Source: Octopus bimaculoides (taxonomy: Eukaryota). Taken from it: DNA of 64,000 bases. A program made the position numbers and the translations under genes. Within the stretch, counting starts at the first letter, position 1. Each line of letters starts with the position of its first letter. Below, in pieces: positions 42,691-54,410 of the stretch. Below the pieces are notes generated by a model that saw only the letters and a program-made list of their open reading frames with translations, was not told the origin of the DNA and made no database searches. The DNA lies in the NCBI RefSeq assembly GCF_001194135.2, contig NC_068994.1:37934164-37998163 (forward strand), written 5' to 3'.

Positions 42691-43465
42691 ATAATCTAGA
42701 ACTCGACTGAGTATAGAAAGCTCCGAGTGACCCGTCCTTGTTTTTTCCTGTCCTTTTTTGTATTGTCTAACTGTTCAGATGTTTTGCTGTTGCCCGTTAT
42801 GCTTTTGTTCCATTTTTTTTTTCCTTTTTTTATATATATGTATGTATATATGTTGGATTTCTGAACAATTATTTCCATTTGCCAATCCACAACAGTGGAT
42901 CTAACAGCCATGAGGCTGTGAAGTGAAATTCTGCACCTCACAGAGATACTTTAGGAAAGAAGCCTTGTCGTATAGGAGAAAAAAAATAACACCCAATATC
43001 AACACTGAAGGCAGGGAGAGTAATGAGTAATACTGTAGTTGTTGGTTTATGTTTAAGGTAGAGGAGTTTATGAGATTTGTAACGATTCATAAAATCTCAT
43101 TGATCATAGGAAGAAATATGTTTGTTTGTAAGTAGAGTAAATAGCTCTCTATTTTTTTTCTTTCATTTTTACAATCAATTTTCTAGCTTCACACGAAGTG
43201 AAATATCTTGAAACTAAAAGAGTTTATGTGAAGTTAGACATCAGTTGTTTTACAGTTAGAATGTTAGAATTTATGCATTTCTTTTATCGCTAGACATGTA
43301 AGAAGTATCATGGGATTTGCTTGCAGACACACAAACTCTGCCTATAGAAGGAGACTTTAAATACATCCATGAACCGTAATACTATGTAGTTCTCTCTTGA
43401 TGCAGGGCATTAATTCAACTGTGGCTATTAGATACCTTTGATAGACATACTATCTATCTATCTAT

Positions 43466-43496
<31 letters not shown>

Positions 43497-43612
43497 TTTG
43501 TTTGGTTGGTTGTTTATTTTTTCTTTTATTTGTTTATTTATTTATGCCTATCTGGTAATGACTCTAAACTTAAAAAGTACACATTTCTGTTGTTGGTATT
43601 CACAAATAGACA

Positions 43613-43629
43613 ATAAATAATAATGATGA

Positions 43630-43692
<63 letters not shown>

Positions 43693-43860
43693 CAATAATC
43701 ATAACAATAATAATAATAATGATAATAATAATAATAATAACAATAATAATAACAATCCTAACAACAACAATAATAATAATAATAATAATAATAATATAAT
43801 AATAATAATAATAATAATGGTGATGATGATGATGATGATGACGATGACAACTATGATTTT
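43613..43860. repeat. (AAT/GAT/AAC)n trinucleotide microsatellite
   Basis: Directly visible; explains the poly-Ile/Asn ORF-track entries. Confidence 0.95.
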
Positions 43861-43870
43861 GATGATGAGG

Positions 43871-44563
43871 ACCAATTCTATGAAGTGCAGAATTGACAAC
43901 ACTGCCGATAGTGACAAATGCAGAATGTGTTGTGAGAGGGGTGAAATGGTATGGCACATCATTAGTGAATGCCCGAAATTGGCACAATGTGAATATAAAT
44001 GACGTCATGACAATGTGGCAAGAATTATCTATTGGGAGCTCTGTGGCAATTACGACTTACAAAGAGCAAAGATGTAGTATGAGCAAACCCCAGAAGGAGT
44101 CACCGAAAATGAGGATTGTAAGATACTGTGAGATGTAATGATCCAGTGTGATCACCTGACCAGACATTGTTGTGGTGAAAAAAAAAAAGGAAGAACATAT
44201 ATGATAATCAACATTGCATGCCCCAGTAACAACAGGATCAATGTGAAAGAGGGAGTAAAAATAAACAGCTATGACAATTTAAAGTGGGAAATATGAAGGT
44301 TGTGGTCAATGAAGAGAGTAGACGTGATAACAATAGTAATTGGGACACTTGGAAGTATCAGCGTTCAACTACCAACGTGGCTGAAAAAGATCGGAGCAAG
44401 TGTGAAGGTAGAACACCGACAAAAATCAGCATTGCTTGGAACTGCAAGAATTCCTTGCAGGGTTCTTGCAGGATGACCAGTAAACAAGTGTCACCATAGT
44501 CTGCTGGCTGTGGACAGCTGACACTTTCCATCACACCCAGCAAAATAAGCTGTGAGATTTCAT
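43871..44563 (+). mobile_element. 5'-truncated R4/Dong-like non-LTR retrotransposon (CCHC knuckle, restriction-like endonuclease, 3' UTR), ending in (AAT)n
   Basis: KCRMCCERGEMVWHIISECPKLAQCEYK*RHDNVARII, later IVIGTLGS and SALLGTARIL; flanked on both sides by AAT-type arrays. Confidence 0.8.
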
Positions 44564-44625
44564 ATAATAATAATAATAATAATAATAATGATAATAATAA
44601 GAAGAAGAAGAACAACAACAACAAC

Positions 44626-45037
44626 AACGTAATCATTGGAACTTTGGAGACAGTACCAAATGGTGCTCTTAAACATTATGACCAAATACCAGGAAACCCT
44701 CATGGCATCAGAACTAAGACATTTTTCTAATGGGTACTGCCCATGTCCTTAGAAAAATACTGTCAACTTGCAAACACCTGATTCTCTGAAAACCCTATGA
44801 AAACTAAAATGACCTTTTGAGTGGGATGGGCTACTCCATGTGAAGAAAATTCTAACTGGGCCCCACTTGTGAGGTCATGTACTGTTTATCTTGATATGAG
44901 ATCACCATGTCACCCACATATGGTTATGATGCATGTGTTTAGTGTACCCTTATCAGAAGGGTAGTCATGATGGGTATACTGGGCTTTGTGTATTTTACCC
45001 CAGTGTCACTTTGATGGCATGCACTGGTCTCTCACTC

Positions 45038-45038
<1 letters not shown>
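44626..45038 (+). mobile_element. Second, shorter R4/Dong-like 3' end with 3' UTR, ending in (AAT)n
   Basis: VIIGTLETVPNG ... LMGTAHVLRKILS matches the same C-terminal motif pair as the neighbouring copies; followed by a long aataat tract. Confidence 0.6.
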
Positions 45039-45096
<58 letters not shown>

Positions 45097-45104
45097 TAAC
45101 AATA

Positions 45105-45135
<31 letters not shown>

Positions 45136-45299
45136 TAATAACAACAATAATAGAGATAGTAATTGTGCCAATATTAATGCTACTAATTGTTGTAGTTGTA
45201 ATGATAATGACGGTGGTGTTGATGGTAGTGGTAATTGTTATAATAACAGTGAAAATATGTCAGGTCCCTTTCAGTGCTATTGATTGTTACACAGTCAGG

Positions 45300-47198
45300 T
45301 AACCCTACTAAGCACTTGCCTGGTAGGAAGAGTAGCCATGGAATGAAAAATCAGTTGTTAATTGTTAATCTAATTTTATCAGAAACTGCAAGAGAAGACA
45401 CACAAACCTGAGCATGGCGTGGATTGACTATCATAAAGCATACGATATGATATCACACTCCTGGATAACAAGAACCATGGAAATGTATGGAGTAGCGGAA
45501 AGCATGAGAAGCCTTATATGGAATAGTATGAAATTTTGTAGAACTGAATCATCAGCAGGGAATTAGGTAACAAGAGAGGTGAAAATCAAGAGAGGAAGCT
45601 TCCAGGGAGACAGTGCGTCCCCCACTGATCTTTGTGTTCAGATGATCCTCTTGAGTGAAATAGTATTGAAGACAAAGTTGGGGTATGATCTGAAAGAAGT
45701 AAGGGAAAACTGTTCCACTTGCAATTTATGGATGACTTGAAGCCCTTCACAAAATGTGAGGCAGAACTGGACAGCGTAGTCTAGTCTGTGTGGATTTTCT
45801 CAAATGATAACAAAATGGAGTTTGGACTCTCAAAATGTGCTACAATGGTGATGAGACAAGAAAAGCTTGTCAGGACAGAATGCATATATATGCCAAATGG
45901 TGATGAAGGCTATTGAACCTGAATTCAGTTATAAATACCTGGGAATACTTGAGGCAGATGGAATTAAACACAACGATATGGAAGAAAAGACAAAGAAAGA
46001 GTACCCATGGTGAGTGAGAAAAATATTGACTTCAAAGCTGAATGCCAGATATGTAATTTCGGCAATAAACTCTCACACAATCACAGAAGTTTGGTATGGC
46101 ACTGGAATCATGAAGTGGATAGAAAAGTAAAAGAAGATGGACAGGAAAACAAGCAAGATCCTAACGATGCATGGAGCTCATCATCCACATTCACACACTG
46201 ATCGTCTGTACATGAAGAGAGCAAAAGGACACCTATGAGTGTGGAAGACTGTGTACATATTGAGCTCAGGAGCATAATGAGATACCTATCTCAAAGTAAG
46301 GAAACTTGCTAGTGTCAGTTAGCAATGAGGGAGTACTGAAAGCAGAGAACAAAGGGAAAACAAAGGAAGAAATACAGAAAGGACATGAAGAAATATTACA
46401 CAATAAAGGGACTACACAATCAATTTCCTGTAGCCACAAATGAAGTTGCTGGAAAACAGGTAAAACTGGCTGAAGAAAAGAACACTAAAAAAGAGACTGA
46501 CAGCACTGGACTTGAAGTGTAAGACCAAGCTTTGATCAAGAATTGGAGGGTCAACCTTAGAAATGAGCAAGTGTCTCTGCTGTACCTCATTTGTAATAGA
46601 GTGAACAAAATCATTGCCCATATCATGAATGAATGCCCTAGACTTGCCCAAAACTACAAGTTGTGGTTACATGATGAGGTAGTGAAAGTGCTACACTAGA
46701 AACTGTGTGAAAAGTGGGGGATAGAGAGAGGCAAAACGTGGTATGAGCACAAACCGCAGGGAGTGGCAGAGTCAAAGACTTGCAAAATCCTCTGGGATTC
46801 CCCAATCCAAACAGATCAGATGCCAGAGCATAACAGACCAGATCTGGTGGTGGTCAAATGTCCCTTTGACCTACGAATGGACAAGAAGGAAGATAAAATA
46901 ATAGATAAATACAACCATCGTAAGTACAAAATAGCCTGACGATAGAAAAGGAAGAAGGTGAAAATAGTTGGTTCCTTGGGGACAGTATCAGAGGGTATCA
47001 AGAGGAATATAAAGGAAATCAGATTAGAGTGTCTAGCAGAACTGTTACAAAAGGTTTGCCTCCTTGGCACGGCCAGAATAATGAGGAGAATACTAGATAG
47101 TTGAAAAGAACAAATAGCATGGTACCATAGGCTGCAGGCAGCAAGCCCACTACACATGCAAGACTCTGGGAGTTCCAAAAAAAACCTGAGATAAAAAG
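45300..47198 (+). mobile_element. Third, longest R4/Dong-like relic (RT, CCHC, restriction-like endonuclease), ending in (AAT)n
   Basis: LSMAWIDYHKAYDMISHSWI, FQGDS, MDDLK, MEFGLSKCA, HIMNECPRLAQNYK, RPDLVVV, CLLGTARIMRRILD; multiple stops and frameshifts. Confidence 0.88.
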
Positions 47199-47219
47199 AA
47201 ATAATAATAATAATAATAA

Positions 47220-47366
47220 TGGTTTCATATTTTAGCACATGGCCAGCAAGTTCATGGTGGGGGGTATTTGACTCAACTCCGAAAGGATGAAAGGCAAAGC
47301 CAACCTCAGTGGAATTTGAACCCAGAACATAAGGACAGACAAAATGCTGCTGCCAGTTTGCCACCT
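47220..47366 (-). mobile_element. Family-A SINE inside the (AAT)n tail of the third R4-like element
   Basis: gaaaggatgaaaggcaaagccaacctcagtggaatttgaac is the reverse complement of the family core. Confidence 0.7.
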
Positions 47367-47389
47367 TAGTAGTAGTAATAATAAGGATA

Positions 47390-47420
<31 letters not shown>

Positions 47421-49204
47421 TGATAACGATAATAGTCGTTGTTGTTGTTGTTGTTATTTAATACATTTTATTTTGTCTTGTTCACAATGTCTCCTTTCAC
47501 TTTGAGTCATTATTAGTTCCTTCTAAACATCAGATTATGACAGCATTTAATTGCAAACTCATCAGCCAAAACATTAAACAGTTCAGTATGGCAACCGAGC
47601 CAAAACAGATTGTACTGGGGCAGCATGAATTAGAAATTGAGACATTTAGAAAACTATTGTTTCGCAGATTTATCCAAATGACACCAGAAATAATAAATTT
47701 GGAACTGAAACATGGTAATGTTAGGGGAGTGTCAGGTGCAATGGCATCGACAACAACAACAACTTACAAGTTTCTGGTCCACAATTTTAATATTTCATTC
47801 ATCAAATCTTATTTAAATATATATGTTTATGTATAGATGCATGCAGCTTTGTTTCATCATGTGCCAAATTCTTATCAGGCAGCTTCAGAAGGAATACCTA
47901 GTTAGAAATTACACTTTATATCTTGCAATCTCGTCACACATTTGTAATACTAACAATATGTCTCAAGGAAAATACATTGGAAGTGCATTCTGCATACTAA
48001 ATATGAATACAATAGAGCTTCACATATTGAAAATATTTAACTGTCTCTTTTAACATCAGACAAGTTTGAGGTGAACAAATCACACAACATTTAATTAAAT
48101 GTAATATTACTAATTAATCTAATAAAGAATTTGACCAGGTTATTTTTCAACAGTCACATTTTGAGCCATTATATTTCAAAGTTATAGAAAATAACTTTCC
48201 ATCAAAAGCTATAAAAACCAACTTGGAGGTCTCTACTGTTTTATTCATAAGCTTCAATTTACAATTTTACAGTATTAATGTATATTTTTTATCCATATAA
48301 GCAATTTGGTCCTAAAACCGACAAACTAATATTTGTGTTGAAATTTTTTATGAATTTTGTTGCTAATGTATCGGCTTAAACATTGATTTGTAGCAGTATG
48401 ACTATAAGTGCTTGGAATGGTAAAAGATTGATAGCTCGAATTTTGTCTGTAAAAGAAAGTGTATTTGTCAAACTGTTGATTTGGTATCATGAGATATGGG
48501 TGTTAAATGTTCAAGTCCTATAAAGCTGCCTAAGTAGAAGCTGAAATTTAACTAGCAGGTGTGTAGATATATAATGAGAATCAAATAAAAGAACTTTGTA
48601 TAAGTTCTTATTTTGTGATAACTGGTAAGAAATGGAAAATGCAAGCAGAGCAAAACTAATTTTTTCAAAAATCATTCTGAAAGTTAGTATATGAAAGCGT
48701 TAAAAACATATTTCAAGAAAACCCTTGAAAGATTTGGAGAATAAGTAGTAAAACTTTCGAGTTAGGTTGTAATGCATTTAGCCCCTCTTATATTGCTATT
48801 ATCACTTTCTCTCCACAGTTCATCACTATCATTTTGTTGCTACCATCACACAGTTGCTCCATTCTCAGAGCTATCCAGGTTCTTTTTCTGTCATTATACT
48901 GCTACTTCCCTATACACCTGGGTCATAATGGTCTAATCATGGATGTGACAGTGTCTCTAGTGCTGGTACTATGAGAAATTGCACCCAGCTTACTCTGAAA
49001 AGTGGTTGATATTGGGAAGGGCACCCAATCGTAAACAAAGCCAAAAATGAAAAAAATGTGCAATCTGCTGATTGGATACCCAGTAAGAAATAATTTGGTC
49101 TGTGATGACACTCCAACTGGCACTGGCATGGAAAGTAAATGTAAAATGACAGTTTTGGATTTTGACGCGAGATTAGTAATTTTAGGGGAAGGTTATTAAG
49201 TGAT

Positions 49205-49325
49205 TTCATCAACACTGCTCAACTGGTACTTCTTTTATCAACCCCCGGAAGGATGAACAGCAAAGTTGACAATGGTGGCATTTAATGTCAGAATGTAAAG
49301 AGCCAGAATAAATGCCATTCAATAT
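49205..49325 (-). mobile_element. Family-A SINE fragment
   Basis: caactggtacttcttttatcaacccccggaaggatgaacagcaaagttgac. Confidence 0.65.
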
Positions 49326-49654
49326 TTTTGTCTGATATACCAACGAATCTGCAAGCTTGATACATTTATGATAACGACGTTTGTCAATCCATGAAATGAA
49401 CAGAGAAAGCAGAAAGCACAGTGCAATTTAAAGCTAAAATCAAAAGCATACATGCAAACAGGTGAGGTACTTTGATGCTGAAAAGTTATTTCAAACAACA
49501 CCTTAGCTCTAAATTCTCACACCAATCTGGAAGCAATATCAAAAATTCTAGAAGTTGCAGAAATTCAAGAAGATATAACATGTAACAAAAGAAGAAATAG
49601 AAAAACAATATAAAGAGTGGAAAAATATTTTCACCAATGTATAGCAATGAGTGT

Positions 49655-50100
49655 TCTAGGCATGGCTGGCGTGATTAAGAAGCTCACTTTGGAACCATCT
49701 GGTTTTTAGTTCAGTCCAGCTTGCATGACGTCTTGGACAGGTGTCTTCTACCACAGTCCTGAGCCAACCAATGCCTTGAATGTGAATTTGGTAGATGGCA
49801 ACCCTGTGGAAGCTCAGTGTGTGTGTGTGAGAATGTGTGTGTGTGTGTGTGTGAGAAAGAGAGAGTGTTTGTGTGTGTGTGTTTGTCACCTGACCACTGC
49901 CACAAGACAACCCCACTTCAAAGTGGTGTTGGTTGTTTATGCCCCCATAATCTTTGTAGTTTGGCAAAAGCGACTGATAAGATTAAAGACCAGAGTTAAA
50001 AAGCACATAAGTACTAAGGTCAATTTGTTTGACTAAAACCTTTCAGTATAACTGCTGCCCAATGACTGAAACAAACAAAAGATAAAGGATAGAAAAGTTA
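49655..50100 (+). mobile_element. SINE family B whose tail abuts the protocadherin large-exon donor
   Basis: Head ggcatggctggcgtgattaagaagc through tail aatgactgaaacaaacaaaagataaaggatag. Confidence 0.8.
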
Positions 50101-50113
50101 ATTAATGACTTAC

Positions 50114-52444
50114 TCTGCCTTCTTTTAGAGTATGGTAATGTATTCCTGGATCACTCCAGTTATGATCTGACTGAAATCCAGGTAGAGACTGCCTTCTGCA
50201 CATAACAGGCATTGTAACTGGTGTATCCGAGTGAGGTAGTTGTTTATGGAAATATTCTATATGTTTGTTTGTATGGGGGTATTTCCTTGGTGAGCTCATC
50301 ACTGTACTGTAATGAATGTTCCTTTGATCATTCCTTTTCACTATGCACAATGTTATTGAGATGACAAGAACAAGAGATACTATCACAGCTGCCACAATAA
50401 TTATAATAAATAGATTTATATTAATGCTATTGTCTGGTATTTTTGATGCTGCTGTAAATGTTGTTAATGTTTTATTGCTAACAGTTAGTTTCAATTTCAG
50501 TGTAGTTGTTGCTGATAAAACTGGTTTGCCTTTGTCTTTGACTGCTAATTTTAGATCATATGATCCAGCATCATTTTGGTTAACTGTGTGAGCAAAAGAC
50601 AAAACTCCTGTATATGGGTTAACTTTAAATAACTTTTTAGCATTGCCTCCAAGTATTTCATACTTAAGGAAAGCATTTACATGGCTGTCTCTGTCAGAAG
50701 CTCTTAGAGTGGTGATTTCCTTGCTACTGCCTGGATAATAGTTGAACTCCACATTGAACAGATTTCTACTGGGGAAGGTAAAATAGGGAGCATTATCATT
50801 TACATCAACAATTTCAACAGTGATATTTGCTGTGCTTGTCAGTGAAGGAGTTCCATTGTCTTTTGCTAAAACTTTGAATCGATAAATGTCACACTGTTCT
50901 CTGTCTAGTGATTGGGTGGTTGATATAAATCCAAAATTAGAAATATGGAAAGGAAAGTTTCTATTTGTTTCACTTTTAAGAGAATAACTAACTTCTCCGC
51001 CAGGCCCTGAATCAGGATCACTAACATTAACAAAGCCAATAGGAAAGCCTTTCTCTCCATTTTCATATGTTATAAATGTAAATGAACTCTTGGTAAACTG
51101 TGGTGGTACATCATTAACATCTACGATATGAACAGAAAATTTCTTTTCTGCAGATAAAGGGGGAGATCCTTTATCTTGACATGTAATCTTAAAACTCATA
51201 CTTGTTGTTGACTCCCTGTCAACTTCCTTTTTCAGTTTTAATGTGTATCTGTTTTCGTCTACATCTTTTAAATAAAAATAATCATGTTTTACACCACAAT
51301 GAACATCACCATTTTTCCCCTTATCATTATCACTAATTTTTACATATGCAAGGAAGCTATCCACCGGTATATTTTCTGAAATCGTTAATGTATTGTTTGA
51401 TTGAGTAATAAAGTTAACTTCAATATGAGGTGCATTGTTCTCTTGATTAGTCACAAATACCCAAACTATTGCATCCGAACTCAAAGCAGGGCTACCTCCA
51501 TCAGTGGCCTCAATATAAAGCTGGTAGCTTTTTTGTTTCATTTTAGAAATTTGTGTATTGAGGAAGATTTCTCCAGACTCTTCATTTAATTTAAAATGTG
51601 ATACAGCAGCTTTTAATGTTTTTGAGCTGAACCGATATGAAATTTTACTATTCATACCAGAATCAGCATCTGTTGCAGAAACAGCTGCTATTGGCATGTT
51701 ACTTCGCACTGTGTTTCCTATGGAAAAATTGTACTTTTTCTGCATGAAGACAGGAGGATTATCGTTGAAATCTAAAACATCAATTTTGATTTTTAAGATA
51801 CTTTCTTCTTCTGAAGATCTACTACCTTTGGCAATGACTTGGATCATATGTGTATTTTTAGTTTCCCGATCAAGTTGTTCATCTAACACTATTTTTAGTT
51901 GAGATGTTCCATCCACTTTCTTAGAAATATCTAAGGAAAATGGTGCATCATCACCTTTATTTATTTCATACTTGATTTCAGAGTTTTGTATGCTTATATC
52001 TTTATCCATAGCATTGATGATAGGTTTTTTCATACCTTTACCATCAGCTTCAGAAAAATGAAGGTTCACTTCAGACTTTGGAAATATGGGTTTATTGTCA
52101 TCAATATCATTTATAATTATCTTAATTTCTCTGACATATTTTACAGTGCCATCACTTTTTATTGTAACATCAAGTGTTCTGTAACATTCTGCATTGTAAG
52201 AACAAAGAGCTTCTGCATCTAGTTTTTGAAGTGTATATACTTTTCCACTCTTGGTGACACGGAATAAATTTTTGCTTTTTCCCTGAAGCATTTCAAAAAC
52301 TATATTAGATTTGTCTTGCTGGGGAAGACTGTCTGCAATATCCCCTACAAATGTTCCTGGAGGTTCTTCTTCATTTACATAGTAGCTTTCCATACAATTT
52401 GATTGTCTTAGGAGAAACAAGAATATACAAACTTGTAACCACAT
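50114..52444 (-). CDS. PCDH: Protocadherin large coding exon: signal peptide, EC1-EC6, TM helix, proximal cytoplasmic tail (777 codons)
   Basis: Open frame with cadherin motifs (DIDDN, LDRE, DFNDN, ATDGG, DVND, DVNDN), EC1 C-X5-C (CSYNAEC) typical of protocadherins, TM INLFIIIIVAAVIVSLVLVISITLCIV. The ORF-track start at 52474 is TTG; the first in-frame ATG (MWLQVCIFLFLL, signal-like) is at 52444. Donor AGA|GTAAGT at 50114/50113, phase 0. Symbol is family level only. Confidence 0.96.
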
Positions 52445-52543
52445 GTCCTCATTTACAAATTTTAAACAGAACAAATTAGTGAAGTTGGTTCTGTTGTTGT
52501 AATACAGCTTTTTAATATTATACCCAAGCTGAAGGGAAACAAT

Positions 52544-52575
52544 CTGAAAAACACAAGCAGAAAAAAAGAGACATT
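52544..52575 (-). promoter_or_regulatory. Probable splice acceptor 99 nt upstream of the protocadherin ATG (implies an upstream non-coding exon)
   Basis: Minus strand gtctctttttttctgcttgtgtttttcag|att is a strong polypyrimidine tract plus CAG. Confidence 0.55.
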
Positions 52576-52714
52576 AAAAATAGATACAACAAAAGGGTTT
52601 GGTTCAAGATTAGAAGCTACTATTGTCAAGATACAAGAGAGTCTAATGCTCAGCATAATGTAATATATACATACATACGAACAAGCACACATACAAATAA
52701 ATATAGATACAAAG

Positions 52715-53060
52715 ATAGGTGCATGGCCCAGTGGATAGAATGTCAGGTTCACAATCATGGGGTAGTGAGTTCAGTTCCTGGACTGAGCTGTGTGTTGTGT
52801 TCTTGAGCAAAACACTTTATTTCACATTGCTGCAGTTCACTCAGCTGTAGAAATTAGTTATGATGTCACTGGTGCCAAGCTGTACTGGCCTTTGCTTTTC
52901 CCTTGGGTAACACTGGTGCCGTGGTGAGGAGAGGCTAGTACGCATGGAAAACTGCTGGTCTTCCATAAACAACCTTGCTCAGATGTCTGTCTTAGAAGGT
53001 AACTTTCTAGGTGCAATACCATGATGGTCATACATGACCGAAGGGGGTCTTTACCCCTTT
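52715..53060 (+). mobile_element. Family-C-headed SINE variant ~270 bp upstream of the protocadherin ATG
   Basis: ggtgcatggcccagtggatagaatg...gttcagttcctggac...ttgtgttcttgagcaaaacactttatttcacattgct. Confidence 0.7.
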
Positions 53061-53813
53061 TTACACAGATAATTAGATTGACAAATGGACTGATAGACAG
53101 ACATACAAGACAGAGAGATAAATATAAAGCATAATAGATAAAGCAACTATGGATATGAAAACAGGGAAAATCCTTGGTTCATCAGAAATTACTAAAATAT
53201 ATTTTGGGGAATTGGTCATGCCTGAATAGTTAATCATGTTGTACACAAGATATCATACACAACTTATACAAGGATAAAGGAGATGCCTTTGAGAAGTAAT
53301 TATAGAAGTATCAAATTTTTGGACTAGCTCATGAAAGTAACAGAAAGAATTATAGCTTCTCTTGTGAGTTATTTGGTAACCCCACTGACGTTGGTGTGCC
53401 ATGAAATAAGTGCCCAAAATACTTTGTAAACTGGTTGGGGTTAGAAAGGGCACCCAGCCAATACTGATGCAGACCATACCAAAATAGACATTGGAGCTCA
53501 GCGCAGTTCTTTCACTCATTAGTTTCTGTCAAACCATCCAATATATGCAAGAATGAAAGATGGATATTAAAATGATAATGACGATGATGATGATGATATA
53601 TATATAATACAAATAATAAATGAGTATATGCATATATACGTACATGTATGTACATACCTACATCTACATGTATATATAGATGCATATCTGGGTACAGGAT
53701 GTTGCAAAAAAAAAAACGTGGACAAAATGATAAACAGAGAACAGAAAACACACAGGCCACATAGAGAACATTTTCTTCATCAGCTGCCACCATTCTAAAA
53801 CTAAGCATTTCAA

Positions 53814-53868
<55 letters not shown>

Positions 53869-54410
53869 AAATATGTTATTAATCTCTGCCAAGGTACTGA
53901 GTACTCTATTTTTTCAACAGTTAGCATTAAACAGGTATACAAATTCACACAGATAATGAGAGAGAGTGAGAGAGATAGACAGATAGACAGAGACAGACAA
54001 ATAGATAGAGACAGAGAGAGACAGACAGGCAGACAGACATACTACTGACCACCTGATCATCACCACAGAACTTATTATTGTCATTGTATTGTGCTTATGT
54101 TAGCTTAAATTTTCTTGATTGAGCATCAAGTCAACAAAAGAGTGTATGTGTCCACTCAGCCTCCATGAAATAACAACCATATCTCTCCTATAAATCACAC
54201 CAGGCTGTCTTAAAAGTGGAAGGATATATTGGACAGTATCATCCGTCATACATAGAAAATCATAGACTGGTTATGAGTGGAGTGCCTTTGATCAGATTGA
54301 GTTACGAATGACCAAGGCTGACCTGGGTGACAGTTAACAGTAACATCATTTGACCCTGTGTAGTCACTAAAAGTTGAATGCAAAACAGTAACTCATTTGT
54401 TGATAATTTG

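Larger units (their letters stand above)
26995..50113 (-). other. Predicted ~23.1 kb GT-AG intron of the protocadherin
   Basis: GTAAGT donor, ttttcag acceptor, both phase 0; the interval is filled with repeats and no other cadherin-coding segment was seen. Confidence 0.75.

Noticed and set aside
50343-52222. Plus-strand ORFs antisense to the protocadherin exon
   Set aside because: Short shadow frames of the coding strand with no independent features.
52445-53100. Vertebrate-style CSE/CTCF promoter element upstream of the protocadherin
   Set aside because: No recognisable motif; the region is AT-rich and SINE-derived.
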